Below are positions 44,065-55,156 of a stretch of DNA of 64,000 nucleotides, piece by piece. The notes beneath the pieces were generated by a model that saw only the letters and a list, made by a program, of their open reading frames with translations, did not search any database and was not told where the DNA came from. Origin of the DNA: an uncultured Chloroflexia bacterium (GTDB taxonomy: Bacteria > Chloroflexota > UBA6077 > JACCZL01); NCBI GenBank assembly GCA_963765765.1, contig CAVXYC010000032.1:256001-320000 (forward strand). The letters run 5' to 3'. Positions within the stretch are counted from its first letter, which is position 1, and every line of letters starts with the position of its first letter. The translations under genes were made by a program, and so were the position numbers.

Positions 44065-44559
44065 GTGATGGCTGTCCTCGTCGTGCTTCTGGGCATGTGG
44101 GTCCTGGTCGCTTCAATGCGAGCGCACCGGGCTGAGCGGGAATGCGATGAGCTCCGGGCTCAGTTCCTGCGGTGGTGGGGCGAGTCCGTCAAGGCTGAAG
44201 AGAGGCGGACGCGGGAGCAGCATCGCGCCGACGCGGCCGAGGCCCGCGCAACGGCGCTGCGGCAGGCGATGCAGGAGGGCCGGGGGGCGTTGCGCAAGCT
44301 CCTCCGACATCATCGGGATAAGCATCACGCCGGTACGCAGCCCTACGACCAGGAGGTCGCGATGGGGCTCTGGCATATGGAGATGGCTCTTGCTGACGAA
44401 GGCCTTCCGCAGCAGCGGCACTCCAGCACGAGATACGAGCCTTCTCCCCCCTGCGTGCGACGGATGCACCTCGGAGGCTTTCAGACTCGGTGCGCCGAAG
44501 TCAGCAGCCTCGCACGCGTGCCTGCGCGACGGGCGCGGCGAGAACGTGCGACACGATGA
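44065..44559 (+). CDS. Hypothetical protein with N-terminal TM segment and coiled coil
   Basis: MAVLVVLLGMWVLVAS followed by a charged helical region; C-terminus doubtful. Confidence 0.4.
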   Translation: MMAVLVVLLGMWVLVASMRAHRAERECDELRAQFLRWWGESVKAEERRTREQHRADAAEARATALRQAMQEGRGALRKLLRHHRDKHHAGTQPYDQEVAMGLWHMEMALADEGLPQQRHSSTRYEPSPPCVRRMHLGGFQTRCAEVSSLARVPARRARRERATR

Positions 44560-45209
44560 TCCTCCCCCGGCGTTGACTGGTCGGGGTTTTACCAGGAGTG
44601 ACGATCCCTCTGACGCGTACTGTGCTCGCGAGCGAGCCGTTCAAAATACCGGGCGCCTTCGCGGAGTCGGTCGGGGTCGCCGGTGAGCTTCTCCAGGCGA
44701 TTGAGCGGCGGCAATTTCGCGCTGGGTGGCGGCTCGGCTGGTCCCCAGCCGGAGCAGCGGGATCAGGGGATCTTCGAGTGCGAACAGTTCCGCGCCCAAG
44801 CCTGCAAGCTTCGATTTGACGCCGTCGCGTTGTGCCCGGAGGGACAGCCGTTTCGCGATGGCGCGGCAGTAGGCGACGAAAGGCAGGGGCTGCGCCGGCT
44901 GTTTGCGGGGTACGTGAAGAAAGGTCCACCGGCGTGGGTCTAAACGGTCTGGAGTGATCCAGCGTAGCCGGTAATCGGAGGATCCGGACGTTCTCTCCCG
45001 AGGCGCCGACCACTCAGCGCTGCGAGGCCAAGTGCTCATTGCACCGCACCGCTGATCTCCAACTCCGAGAGCAGTCGGCGGAGACGACATCATTTCTCTA
45101 GCTGTCTTCGGGTTCGTTCATCAGTTGGTCAGCTAACCCAGCCCATCTTGGCGATCCGTCACGCCCGCGCCCGATCGCCGCGGACCGGCTCAGCGTTCGC
45201 ACGAGCGGC

Positions 45210-45425
45210 CTAGGCCGTGTCTTGGTGGATCAATTCCAGCTCGTCAGCAGTCGCTCTGACCGCCTCCACGTCTTTCCATCGTTCCCCAATCTCATCATCG
45301 CCTACCAAGCGGTTCGAGATGACATATACGGACTCGCCTCCCGACGTATCGATACTCTCGATCACCCCGACGAGGTGCTTGGAGATAATTCTCACACTGG
45401 CGCCGATCTCGAATTCTTCAGTCAT
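45210..45425 (-). CDS. Small hypothetical protein (SH3/KOW-like beta pattern)
   Basis: FEIGASVRII...GVIESI...YVI...ADELEL. Confidence 0.6.
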   Translation of the reverse strand: MTEEFEIGASVRIISKHLVGVIESIDTSGGESVYVISNRLVGDDEIGERWKDVEAVRATADELELIHQDTA

Positions 45426-45491
45426 GCTTCAACCCCATCTCGCCGGTGGTGCTGTGCCCACAGCCGCTGCAGCACCTTCTGAGAATAGCAC

Positions 45492-45519
45492 GAAGCCCCC
45501 GAAATCTCCGGGGGCTTTG
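45492..45519. terminator. Hairpin, terminator-like
   Basis: GAAGCCCCCG-aaatctc-CGGGGGCTTT. Confidence 0.5.
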
Positions 45520-45827
45520 CTCAGGCGGTGTCGATGCTTCCCAGGCCCGCCCGCGCTCGAGCGCCAATTGCTTTGAGTTAGCTGCGGAGCGTTCCCAGAC
45601 CGAGTTGTGAAGAGACCAGGGTGCTGGTCGAGATCATCCCTAATGGGCCAATTGATGCTCTCCCAGGTCATGCCTAACCAACCGCCGCTTAATGTGTGTC
45701 GGTAGTGAAGAACAGCCATCGGTGCCTGCGAGAAGAAGCTCAACTCCGGGCGCGCCCCTCATGGCCCCGTGTCTGCGATGATTCCCACTACACGAGCGGG
45801 CGCACCGGTATCAAAGGAGCCGGGACC

Positions 45828-46976
45828 ATGGCTAAGCATGCAGTTCTCCGCAGGCGGTTCGCGATCATCGTCTCGTTGGGCCTGATCGTTGCCTTCAGTC
45901 TCACCTTCCTTAGCGGCTTCGTCGCCACCGCGCTGGACCTCAACCGCTTTATCTACCACAAGTACGCCGCCTACCTAGCACTCGGGCTGGTCGCCGCGCA
46001 CCTACTCCTGCACTGGCGGAGCCTGGTCGCTCAGGTGCGCCTCTGGCTGCTCAGCCCGCCAGTTGCCAATCGATCGGCCGCACGGCGCCCCGCGGTACCA
46101 GAACCCGGCACACGGCTGACCCGGCGCGCCTTCCTGCTGCCTGGCCTGGGCGCCGCGGCAGGAGCTGGACTGGGGCACCTGGCGACAGTCCGAGCCTCGC
46201 CGCTGGCACTTGAGCCAGGTGAGGACCTCGGGCAGATCTATCACCAGTGGAGCACTCCGAGCTACGTTGGGTTGCTGGCCAAGTCGCTCCATGTCGGGGC
46301 CCAGCCGGATCCGTACAAGAGCTATTCCACGGCGCCCATGGTCGAGCTACCGTCCATTCCGCCGGCTGCCGGCCCGCCGTTGCAGGCGGTCATCGCCGGA
46401 CGACGCTCGGTGCGCGAGTACGCCGAGCGCCGGGTCACCCTCGAGGAGCTCTCGCGGGTGCTGCACTGGAGCGCCGGCATCACCGACCGGCGCGATCCGA
46501 GCCTGCCTTTTCGCGCCCTGCCCTCGTCTGGCGCGCTCTATCCGGTCGAGGTCTATCCCATCGCCTTCGCCGTGGCCGACCTGGAGCCGGGCGCCTATCA
46601 CTACGACGTGCGCGAACACCGTCTCGAGCTCGTCCGTCCAGGCGATTTCCGCCAGGAGGTGTTCCGGGCGGCCGTCTCCCAGGAGATGATTCTGCACGCC
46701 TCGTTGGTGCTCGTCCTCACTGGGATCTTCGGTCGCGTGCAGTGGAAATACGCCGACCGGAGCTATCGCTACCTGCTGCTCGAGGCTGGCCACCTGGGCC
46801 AGAACGTGTACCTCTCGGCTACCGCCACCGGCCTGGCGCCGTGCGGCATCGGTGCTTATTTTGACGATGATATCCATCGGCTGCTCGGCCTTGACGGGCG
46901 GAACGAGATGGCGGTGTACCTGTTGGCCCTTGGGGTAGCACCAGGGGAGCGCGGCTTGACCGAAGCATCGTCCTGA
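45828..46976 (+). CDS. SagB/ThcOx-family FMN nitroreductase with N-terminal DUF4405-like membrane domain
   Basis: RRSVREY, RALPSSGALYP, KYADRSYR, EAGHLGQN; N-terminal TMs with H...HLLLHW; AGGAG RBS. Confidence 0.9.
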   Translation: MAKHAVLRRRFAIIVSLGLIVAFSLTFLSGFVATALDLNRFIYHKYAAYLALGLVAAHLLLHWRSLVAQVRLWLLSPPVANRSAARRPAVPEPGTRLTRRAFLLPGLGAAAGAGLGHLATVRASPLALEPGEDLGQIYHQWSTPSYVGLLAKSLHVGAQPDPYKSYSTAPMVELPSIPPAAGPPLQAVIAGRRSVREYAERRVTLEELSRVLHWSAGITDRRDPSLPFRALPSSGALYPVEVYPIAFAVADLEPGAYHYDVREHRLELVRPGDFRQEVFRAAVSQEMILHASLVLVLTGIFGRVQWKYADRSYRYLLLEAGHLGQNVYLSATATGLAPCGIGAYFDDDIHRLLGLDGRNEMAVYLLALGVAPGERGLTEASS

Positions 46977-47191
46977 GTAGCGTGCGTGGTGGCTCGCTCC
47001 ACTTATTCAGCTCGCATCCGAAGCGCGTGCGCCGCTCGCCGGGTATCTCCGAACTTCGCGGAACGTGCTGGAGATGTGAGGGAGTCCCCAGCACGCCACC
47101 CGATTGTCGAGTAGAGCCCGCCCGCCTTTTAGGACAATATGAAGACTGGTGCAGACGCGCGGGACCCAGCCTACATGAGGTCGCGATACGC

Positions 47192-47470
47192 TCAGATACG
47201 CCGGTCAGTGGCGGAGTCGGGTCGGCCACCGAAATACCGGTCGAGCACGTGCTCGAATAGCGGTTCGTGGGGAGCGGCTCGCTGGAACAAGGTCATGCAC
47301 GAACGCAGCTTCTGCGCATCGATGCCACCGAAGATCTGCTCTGCGCTCTGAGCTTGCGTCTGCACCACGAGGCCCGCGCACTCTCTCAACCGCGGTCCGA
47401 GCACCGGGTGCTCCAGATATTCCCTTGCTTCCTACAAGGACGAGATCGCCAACCGTCGCGACATGTCGCT
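47192..47470 (-). pseudogene. DUF1810 family fragment with an in-frame stop
   Basis: SDMSRRLAISSL*EAREYLEHPVLGPRLREC...IFGGIDAQKLRSCMTLF...D.AT. Confidence 0.8.
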
Positions 47471-47525
47471 ACGTCTGGTGGGCAAGGGTTTGGCCGTCTT
47501 GGGGCACGGCTGCCTCCGTCCGAGT

Positions 47526-47800
47526 TTAGCGGACCGCTGTCCCGTAGACGGCCTCGCTCATGAAGTGGAGCCTCTCACCACGCCGGTGCTCGGCGAGTGC
47601 GGCCATCATCTTGCCCCTCAGCCGCTCGCGTTGCTCGGTGGGCATACGGGCCACAGCGGCGCGCGCTTGGTCGGAGAAGACCTGGTGCCACCAGTACGCC
47701 TCGAAGCTCTCGTAGGTGGTCTCGAGCGTCTGGCGATCCATGCCGATCTCACGGAAGCCTGCCTCCGCCACGAGGCGCTCGAGCGAGACCGGCCTCACCC
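47526..47800 (-). pseudogene. C-terminal fragment of a SAM methyltransferase
   Basis: LERLVAEAGFREI...YESFEAYWW...EQRERLR; no SAM-binding motif upstream. Confidence 0.55.
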
Positions 47801-48005
47801 AGCGAGGCTCCCGGGTGAGATGGTCACCCTGGTCATCGCACGGCATGCCTTTTTTGAGATAGTCAGTTAGTAATAATCGAGCTGCATCAGCAAGCGACCT
47901 AACGCCGTGTCGGCGAGATCGACGGAGTGACGAGGCTCGCCCGGGTATCATCTCCGGAGGACGCGGTCAGCTTGCCCTGGCGGCGAACGCGTTCCGGCGG
48001 GGGCC

Positions 48006-49887
48006 ATGGCACATTTTCGGGCAACCACAGCGGGCTGCGTGCTTCTCCTGGTAATACTCATCGCCTGCACGCCGTCGGGTCCGCCAGCCCAGCCGTCGGC
48101 CACGCCGAGCTCGGCCTCCGTCCCAACCACAACAGCAGTCTCGGAGGCCGTCGCGACCGCGACAACGGTCGCCGAGGTCGTCCCCCCATGCTCCCAGCCG
48201 CGACAGCGTTGCCCACAACGCCGCCGGCGCCTGCGCCGAGTTTGACACCCGGACCGACCGCCGCGCCGACTGAATCGCGGCCTCCGCTGACGCCCCGCTG
48301 GGTCTACGAGCCGTGGGTTTGGGAAGACGAGAAGCACACCACCGAGGCCGTGCTCGACCTCCTGGATGGGTACCGGCGAGAGGGCATCCCGGTCGGGGCC
48401 GTGCTGCTCGACAGCCCGTGGCAGACCAACTACAACACGTTCGACTTCGGCCCCGGCGACCGAGACCCGGAAGCGCTGATTCGCAGGCTCCACGAGCGCA
48501 ATGTACGGGTGGTTCTCTGGGCAACGCAGTATGTCAACGTCTCGTCGATCGACGGCCCGGAGCGCGGAAAGGCGCCCCACTATGATGAGGCGCGCACGGC
48601 TGGCTACTTCATCGACGGCGGGCGAGTGTACGAGTGGTGGAAGGGCCAGGGGAGCGCGATCGACTTCTTCAACCCGCGGGCCGTCGCCTGGTGGTATCAG
48701 CGGATGGATCGCGCCTTTCGCCTGGGCGTGGACGGCTGGAAGGCGGACAACGGGGAGCACCGGCTGCCGGACACCGTCCAGACCGCGGCCGGCCCGAAGA
48801 GCGAGCTGGAGTACGGCGCCGCGTACTATCGTGCCTATTACCGTTACGTTGCCGAGCGGAACCCGGAAGCGATTGTCCTCGCCCGTCCGTACGAGGACGG
48901 GCGCCTGTACGCACCAGTCGAGGCCGAATCCCAGCCGGCTGGGTCGGCGACCAGCAGCCGAACTGGGAGGGGCTGCGCGAGGCGCTCGAGAACATCCTGG
49001 TTTCGGCCGAGCGCGGCTACGCGGTCGTGGGAAGCGACATCGGCGGCTACGGCGACGGCAAGCGCGACCAGGACGTCTTCATTCGCTGGACCCAGCTCGG
49101 GGCCCTGAGCCCCCTCATGGAGAACGGTGGCCTGGGGGAGCACCGGCCCTGGGAGATCGGTCGAGACGCGCTCAGGGCCTACCGCTACTACGCCAAGCTC
49201 CACCACCAGCTCGTCCCGTATCTGTACGGCGCGGGTGTGGAGGCCCACCGCACCGGGCGGCCGATCATCCGCGACCCGGACCGCTCGGCGCGCCAGTACC
49301 GCCTCGGCGAGGACCTCCTGGTCGCCCCGATCACGTCGGACGATAAGCGACGTGAGGTCCGCCTACCGGGCGGCTCGCGCTGGTACGACTACTGGGACGA
49401 CGATCGCATCCATGACGGGTCGAACACTGTGCGCTACAACGCCCCGACGGAGCGGGTGCCGCTGTTCGTCCGCGCGGGCGCCATCATCCCGATGCAGGTC
49501 GACGATGGCGAGACCGGGCACGGTGGTGGCGGCTCCGCCGGCCGTCTCACCCTTCTTTTGTATCCCGAGTCCGAGAGCGCCCGCACCTACTTCCTCGACG
49601 CCCAACGCTCGCTCGAACTACGAAGTCGGCGACAGGCGAGCGGAGTGACCGTCGAGATCGGTCCGCACACCGAGCGCTACGTCTTGCGAATCAAGGAGCC
49701 ATCCAGGCCGTCTGTCGCTCGGCTGGATCGCGGAGGCGCCGAGGCCGATCTGAAGGCGCTGTCATCCTGGGAGGAGTTCGACCGAGCCGACGAGGGTTGG
49801 TACTACGATTCGAAGCTCCATTACGTATGGGCCCGCTTTGCCACGCGGGAGACCGCCGCGCGTCTGACGTACACGACCGCCCGCTGA
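48006..49887 (+). CDS. Glycoside hydrolase family 31 lipoprotein; frameshifts near 48190 and 48925
   Basis: Lipobox LIAC, PT linker, LDSPW, GVDGWKAD, WVGD, GSDIGGY, RWTQLGA, PLFVRAGAIIP. Confidence 0.88.
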
Positions 49888-50212
49888 GTACACGACACCA
49901 ACCCAGACATGAACGGCATCACGCCAACGCCTGGATGCCCCGGTAGTGGAGTAGCCTTAGTGCCGGCACCTATAGGGCCCGAGATCTTCCCGAAGGACGT
50001 GCGAGAGAAGCGCGCCTAGCCCCACAGGCCACATTCCGAAAGGCCGCATTGATGGCGGTGGGACACCGAGTCCGGCGCCCCGCCACTCTGCGCATCGACC
50101 GGAGCTGTCGGCTCTCTCCTGTCAAGTCCCGCTGCACACATATCGTGTCGAGTAGCGCTGTGGCAGCCTGCTTCGGGCTGCCTGAGGTGTCCCGGCCCGT
50201 CCACCAACTCAG

Positions 50213-51509
50213 TCAGCGTCGCACGACGGCGACGCATTCTGTGTGGTAGGTCTGCGGAAACATGTCAAGAGGCTGGACGGACTCCAGCGTGAAGCCGCGG
50301 TCGCGGAGAATGGCGAGATCGCGAGCTAGGGTGGCGGGGTCGCAGGAGACGTAGACCAGGCGTTTGGGCGCCATGGCGGCGAGGGCCTCGAGGGCGGGGA
50401 GCTCGCAGCCGACGCGAGCGGGGTCGAGGACGACGGAGGTCGGCGTTATTTCTAGCTTCGGTAGGAGCTTTTCGACTTTGCCGGAGAAGAAGTGGGCATT
50501 CTGAAGATCCCGCGGCGTTCAATTTGGCATCGTCGATCGCGGCGGTGGATTCCTCGATGCCGACCACCTGGCGTACGTGCCGGGCGAGAAGAATGCTGAA
50601 CGTGCCGACACCGCAATAAGCATCGAGCACGACGTCGTCGGGTTTCGGATCGAGACCGTTGAAGACGAGCAGCGCAAGGATGTCTGCGATGGCGAGTCCA
50701 TCCTCAGGCACCAAGTGGGCCCAGCGCTCGAGACCATCGGGAATCGGGCGTTGCTCGCGCCGGGTGTTCACCTGGAAGAAAGCGGCTGACGCCACTCGAT
50801 AGCGCTGATTGAGGATCTTCTCATCGACGTAGGTTTGACCGCTGGGGATCTGAGGAAAGTCCGGCAGGGGTGGACCAATCAATCGGTCGTCGGTGTTGGC
50901 GCCGACGCGGATAGCGAGCTGGTGACCGCTAAACCCGACCAGTTTTCCCTGAAGCTCATGCAGGACTTCATTCACGCGCGGATGCATCAAATGGCAGTGC
51001 TCGATCCGCAAGAGTCGCCGCGTGTTGCGCTGGGTGAAGCCGAGCTCACCATGTCGGCGACCGACGGAAAATCGTGCGTGGTTGCGATACTCCCAGGGAT
51101 TCACCATACCGATGGTGGGTCGGGTCAGTGCATCTGCATCATCGAAACCGCCGATACGTCGGAGTTGCTCCATCACCATGTGTCGTTTCATTTGTAGCTG
51201 CGCTTCATAGGTGGCGTGCTGAAGCTGGCAGCCGCCGCATACGCCAAACATGGGGCAGACCGGCTCCGTGCGATCCGGGGATGCCTCAAGAATTTCCACG
51301 ATATCGGCGCGGGCGAAGTCCTTCTTCTCTTCGGTCAAGCGAACCCGCGCGGTCTCGCCCGGCAATGCGTACGGGACGAACGTGACTCGGCCGTCCACGC
51401 GGCCCAGGGCTTCGCCGCCGAAGGCGAAACTTTCGAGCTGGATCTCGACCGGCGGGGAATCCGAAGGCGCGTTCGAGGGGCGCTGCAGGCGGCGGCGTCT
51501 ATGTGACAC
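50213..51509 (-). CDS. rlmD: 23S rRNA m5U1939-type methyltransferase with TRAM domain; frameshift near 50500
   Basis: CPMFGVCGGC, FFQVN, DAYCGVG; in the second frame LDPAR, YVSCDPATLARD, DMFPQTYHTE. Confidence 0.88.
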
Positions 51510-51630
51510 GGCGAGGTGTTTCGGAGGTCGCGAGACGCACCGCTGCGCTTGCTCTAGGGCAATCAGGAAAAAGCGCTGAAGCGCTCACTACCGCGAGTGA
51601 AAGCGATCGGCTGCGAAAGAGGGAGGACGA

Positions 51631-51713
51631 CCCTACCACCAGCCCCTCCCCGTGCGCGGGAAGGGGAGTTGGGAAATCTGGGTGCTGGTACACGCGGGGA
51701 GGGGAGTTGGGAT
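51631..51713. repeat. REP-like GC-rich repeat/hairpin
   Basis: CCCCTCCCCG...CGGGAAGGGG hairpin; cgcggg(a/g)aggggagttggga occurs at ~51655 and ~51693. Confidence 0.5.
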
Positions 51714-51722
51714 GCCAAAGTC

Positions 51723-52169
51723 TCACTGCGCGACCTCTGAGCCTTCGTAGCTCAGGACGGCGGAGCGGAAGACTTCGGGCAGCGCCATGGGGCGCAGAGT
51801 TTGGCGATTGAGACAGGCGTGCGATGTGTTGCCCTTCGTCAGAAGCGATGAGTCTTCGTCTCGCCAAACTTCGTAGCTGAAGCTCATGGAGACTTTGCGG
51901 AGCCGCTCTATCCTGACGTAGATCGTCAAAAGGTCATCGAAACGAGCCGGCGCGAGGTACTTGCAGTGCGCCTCCGTAACCGCGGCGACGATACCGGACT
52001 CTTCCATCTCACGGTAAGAGCAGCCAATGGCCCGGATGTACTCCACGCGGGCTGACTCAAAAAACGCCAGGTAGTTGGCGTAGTAGACCACACCCATAGC
52101 GTCCGTGTCGGCGTAACGCACGCGGACCTGGCAGGCGGCGCGGAAGCGCGAATCGCGGGGCGGGGTCAC
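51723..52169 (-). CDS. Acyl-CoA thioesterase (YbgC/FadM family)
   Basis: VRVRYADTDAMGVVYYANYLAFFESAR. Confidence 0.92.
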   Translation of the reverse strand: MTPPRDSRFRAACQVRVRYADTDAMGVVYYANYLAFFESARVEYIRAIGCSYREMEESGIVAAVTEAHCKYLAPARFDDLLTIYVRIERLRKVSMSFSYEVWRDEDSSLLTKGNTSHACLNRQTLRPMALPEVFRSAVLSYEGSEVAQ

Positions 52170-52222
52170 GGCCTAATTATAAGGAGCGGCGGACGCTATG
52201 ACTGGACGGACCGAGCCGCCGC

Positions 52223-52939
52223 TCAGGCGGTTCGAGCGGGGGCCTGGCCGATGAGTTTGCCAAAGAGCAGACCCATCGTGGCCCAGAAGATCGTCAGTCC
52301 AAGGATAGACATGACGCGGAACGAGTTGAGCAGGTCGCCCGGGAAGCTGCCCACTTCCGAAACCCCGGGCATGAGCAGGAAGAGGAGCAGACTCACTCCG
52401 ATGATCGCCGCCCAGCCCAGGCTCGTCGCCCGCGTGCTATTGGCCAGTCGAGCCTCCAGCGAACGAATGAGCCAGATCCCAAACAGCACCGTGATGACCG
52501 ACAGCGCCAGGAATCCCGCGTACAACGCCTGTCGCTGACCAATGGTTTCCGGATCGCCGATACCAGGCGGATTCGCCGGATATTTCAAGAATGGCAGCAG
52601 TGCCACTGCCCAGTAGGCGAATAGCGCCATGGTGGCACCCTGCTTGAACCGACTCATGGGCGGGAGCCAACGCTGAGCCGCCTGGAACGCCACGCCGAAC
52701 ACCATGGCCCAGGAGATCCCGAGCAAGACAAAGCCTACGACGAGGCCCTTCTTCTGCATGTCGCGACTCACCAGCGCAGGCCCATGGTCACCATCATGAT
52801 GAGAGGCTTCTTCGAAAGTGAGAGCGCGGTCGATGAGCGGCTCAGTAAAGAGGAGATGGAAGATCGCGGCGGTAAGTCCCGCCGCCAAGCCCGCGATAAG
52901 GGCAGCCTTAAGGACTGTGCCGAACGTTAACGTGCCCAC
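52223..52939 (-). CDS. cbtA: Probable cobalt transporter subunit CbtA
   Basis: EPLIDRALTFE, His patch, PFLKYPANPPGIGDPETIGQR. Confidence 0.88.
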   Translation of the reverse strand: MGTLTFGTVLKAALIAGLAAGLTAAIFHLLFTEPLIDRALTFEEASHHDGDHGPALVSRDMQKKGLVVGFVLLGISWAMVFGVAFQAAQRWLPPMSRFKQGATMALFAYWAVALLPFLKYPANPPGIGDPETIGQRQALYAGFLALSVITVLFGIWLIRSLEARLANSTRATSLGWAAIIGVSLLLFLLMPGVSEVGSFPGDLLNSFRVMSILGLTIFWATMGLLFGKLIGQAPARTA

Positions 52940-52947
52940 AGGTTGAT

Positions 52948-53151
52948 TTAGTGGCAGGGGAATGCGGCCGCGTGACGCGCGTCGTGTACCAGCTCATGAA
53001 TAAGGTTCTGGTCAAACGCTACCTGACCCTGTGCAATGCTCAAAAGGAAACCCTGATCCAGCCCGAAGAGATAGAGCGCAAATGCTCCGAGGACGCCCAC
53101 GAGGATTTGTGGGCCTAATCGCGGGATAGCTACTGTGATCGCGCCAGGCAT
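52948..53151 (-). CDS. cbtB: Probable cobalt transporter subunit CbtB
   Basis: TM segment followed by IHELVHDARHAAAFPCH. Confidence 0.9.
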   Translation of the reverse strand: MPGAITVAIPRLGPQILVGVLGAFALYLFGLDQGFLLSIAQGQVAFDQNLIHELVHDARHAAAFPCH

Positions 53152-53187
53152 ACGTGCCTCTTCAAAAACGCAGAATTCGCGAAGCTG

Positions 53188-53222
53188 ACCCGATCATATG
53201 ATCGGGTGACCGCGCCTTGCAA
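53188..53222 (-). promoter_or_regulatory. cbtBA promoter overlapped by a perfect 20-bp palindrome (operator)
   Basis: ACCCGATCATATGATCGGGT at 53188-53207; minus-strand TTGCAA-N18-TATGAT. Confidence 0.65.
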
Positions 53223-53318
53223 CAGGCGGCTGATTTACGTTGAACGTTGCCCCATCGATCAGTCCCAGCCATAATCGAGGTAGACTGGAACATTCAGTCG
53301 GCTGGAGGGATTGGACCC

Positions 53319-54933
53319 GTGCAGGGGTCGGAGCGGTTCGAGGATCTAGCACGCGACTATTGTGCTATGTGGGATCGATTGAGTCCCGTGAGCGCATCCT
53401 GGCTCGGTATTCACGACTACGACGATCGCTTGGGCGATTTCAGCGAAGCCGGTCTTCGAGGAGCAATCCGGCGAGATGCTTGAATACGAAAATCGCCTGA
53501 GCTTGATTGATTCGTCAACCTTATCTGCCGACGAGCAGATCGACTACGCAATCCTGCAGGCTGACATTCGGTCCAATCGCTGGTCCATCGAGAAGGTCGC
53601 AGACTGGCGCAGAAATCCCGCGATGTACGTGCAGGTGCCGCTCATGGGTCTACTTGCGCTGGTGTCTCGCGATTACGCGCCGCTACCGGAGCGATTGCGA
53701 AGCATCATCGGGCGCCTGACTGAGCTGCGAGAAGTGCTGGAAGCCGGCCGCGACAATGTGGAGGAGCCGCCGCGCGTCTTTACCGACGTTGCTATGCAGG
53801 CCGCCCACGCTGGCATGGGTTTTGTCCGCTCAGCGCTGCCAGCCCTGGCCCGCCGCGAGCCGGATATGGAGGATGAGCTGCTGGAGGCGCTGGATGACGC
53901 GGAGGCCGCCCTTGAGTCACACCTCCATTATCTACGGGCGGATCTGCTCCCCGAGTCCACTGGCGACTTTGCCATCGGACGCGAGCTATTTGACGAACGT
54001 CTGCGCGATTGGCACATGCTTGATGTGGACGCGGATGGGCTTCGAAGCATCGGCCAGAAGCTGCTCGCCGACACGCGGAAGGCCATCGAGGAAGTAGCGA
54101 AAGAGATCGATCCGAAGACCGATTGGGTCACGCAGGTGGAACAAGGCAAGCGGGACCACCCCACAACTCCACTGCTCCTGAGTGTCTACCAGCAGGAAGT
54201 GGAGCGTCTGAAACGATTCCTCACCGAGCGGGGGCTGGTCAGCATCCCGCCGGGTGAGCGATTGTTAGTGGTGGAGACACCGACATTCGAGCGCTCCGTG
54301 GTTCCCTACGCGGCCTACATGCCACCCGGTCCATTTGACGCGGATCAGACGGGGCAATTCTGGGTGACCCCCGTGAGCCGTGAGACATCCCCCCGTGAGC
54401 AGGAGTCACAGCTCCAGGAGCATTGTCTGCCGCACATCCCAATCACCACGTTGCACGAGGGCTACCCGGGTCATCATCTTCAGCTCTGTGTGGCAAACCG
54501 CGGTGGCAGCATGATGCGCAAGCGAGCCAGCAGCGATCTCTTCGCCGAAGGCTGGGCGCTGTACTGCGAGCAAATGATGGGCGAGCAGGGCTACTACACA
54601 GACCCGCGCACACGCCTATTTCAACTCAAGGACATGCTCTGGCGCGCGGCGCGCGTGGTTATCGACGCGGGCCTGCATACCGGTGAGATGAGCATGGAAG
54701 ACGCCGTGGACTTCCTTGTCAACGAGGCGAAGCTAGCGCGTCCGCAGGCCGAGAGCGAGGTGCGGCGCTACACCATGAGTCCTACCCAGCCGATGACCTA
54801 CGCCATGGGCAAGCATGCCATCCTGGAGCTTCGGAAAGAACATTCCAAGCTCCCGCTTCGCGAGTTCCACGATCGTCTTCTCAGCCACGGCACCATCCCC
54901 TTAGCCCTGGTGCGGCGGGCGATGGGAGAGTGA
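53319..54933 (+). CDS. DUF885 family putative metallopeptidase; frameshift near 53465
   Basis: PVSASWLGIHDYD, HEGYPGHHLQ, FAEGWALYCE, FHDRLL; GGAGG RBS. Confidence 0.88.
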
Positions 54934-54940
54934 TATCTCC

Positions 54941-55156
54941 GTGAGATCGTTTACCGCGGTCGTCGAGTTTGATCCTGAGACTCACCTCTACGTTGGAGTC
55001 GTGCCCGGGTTACCGGGCGCGCACACCCAGGGCGAAACTCTTGACGAGCTTCAGGAAAACTTGAAGGAAGTTGTGCAGCTCTGCCTCGACGAGTACGAAG
55101 GCGACGTTGCGGATCTTCCGACGGTTGTTGGAACGCAAAAAATCGTTGTTGTCTGA
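54941..55156 (+). CDS. hicB: HicB family antitoxin
   Basis: YVGVVPGLPGAHTQGETLDELQENLKEV. Confidence 0.9.
   Translation: MRSFTAVVEFDPETHLYVGVVPGLPGAHTQGETLDELQENLKEVVQLCLDEYEGDVADLPTVVGTQKIVVV

Noticed and set aside
45515-45580. ZMP/ZTP riboswitch-like words on the minus strand (GCAATTGGCG...GGGAAGC...CCGCCTGAGCA) before a hairpin
   Set aside because: P1 cannot be formed, the linker is too short, and the downstream gene is not related to purine or folate metabolism.
34900-45700. Intact prophage or integron
   Set aside because: No integrase, terminase, capsid or tail genes and no attC-type GTTRRRY/RYYYAAC cassette ends were recognised; only relics are present.
45828-46976. Azole-containing RiPP cluster
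   Set aside because: No YcaO, E1-like protein, precursor peptide or exporter nearby.
50016-50210. Possible 6S, SRP or tRNA gene
   Set aside because: Only local hairpins; no cloverleaf or T-loop, no SRP GGAA loop motif, no long 6S rod with a central bubble.
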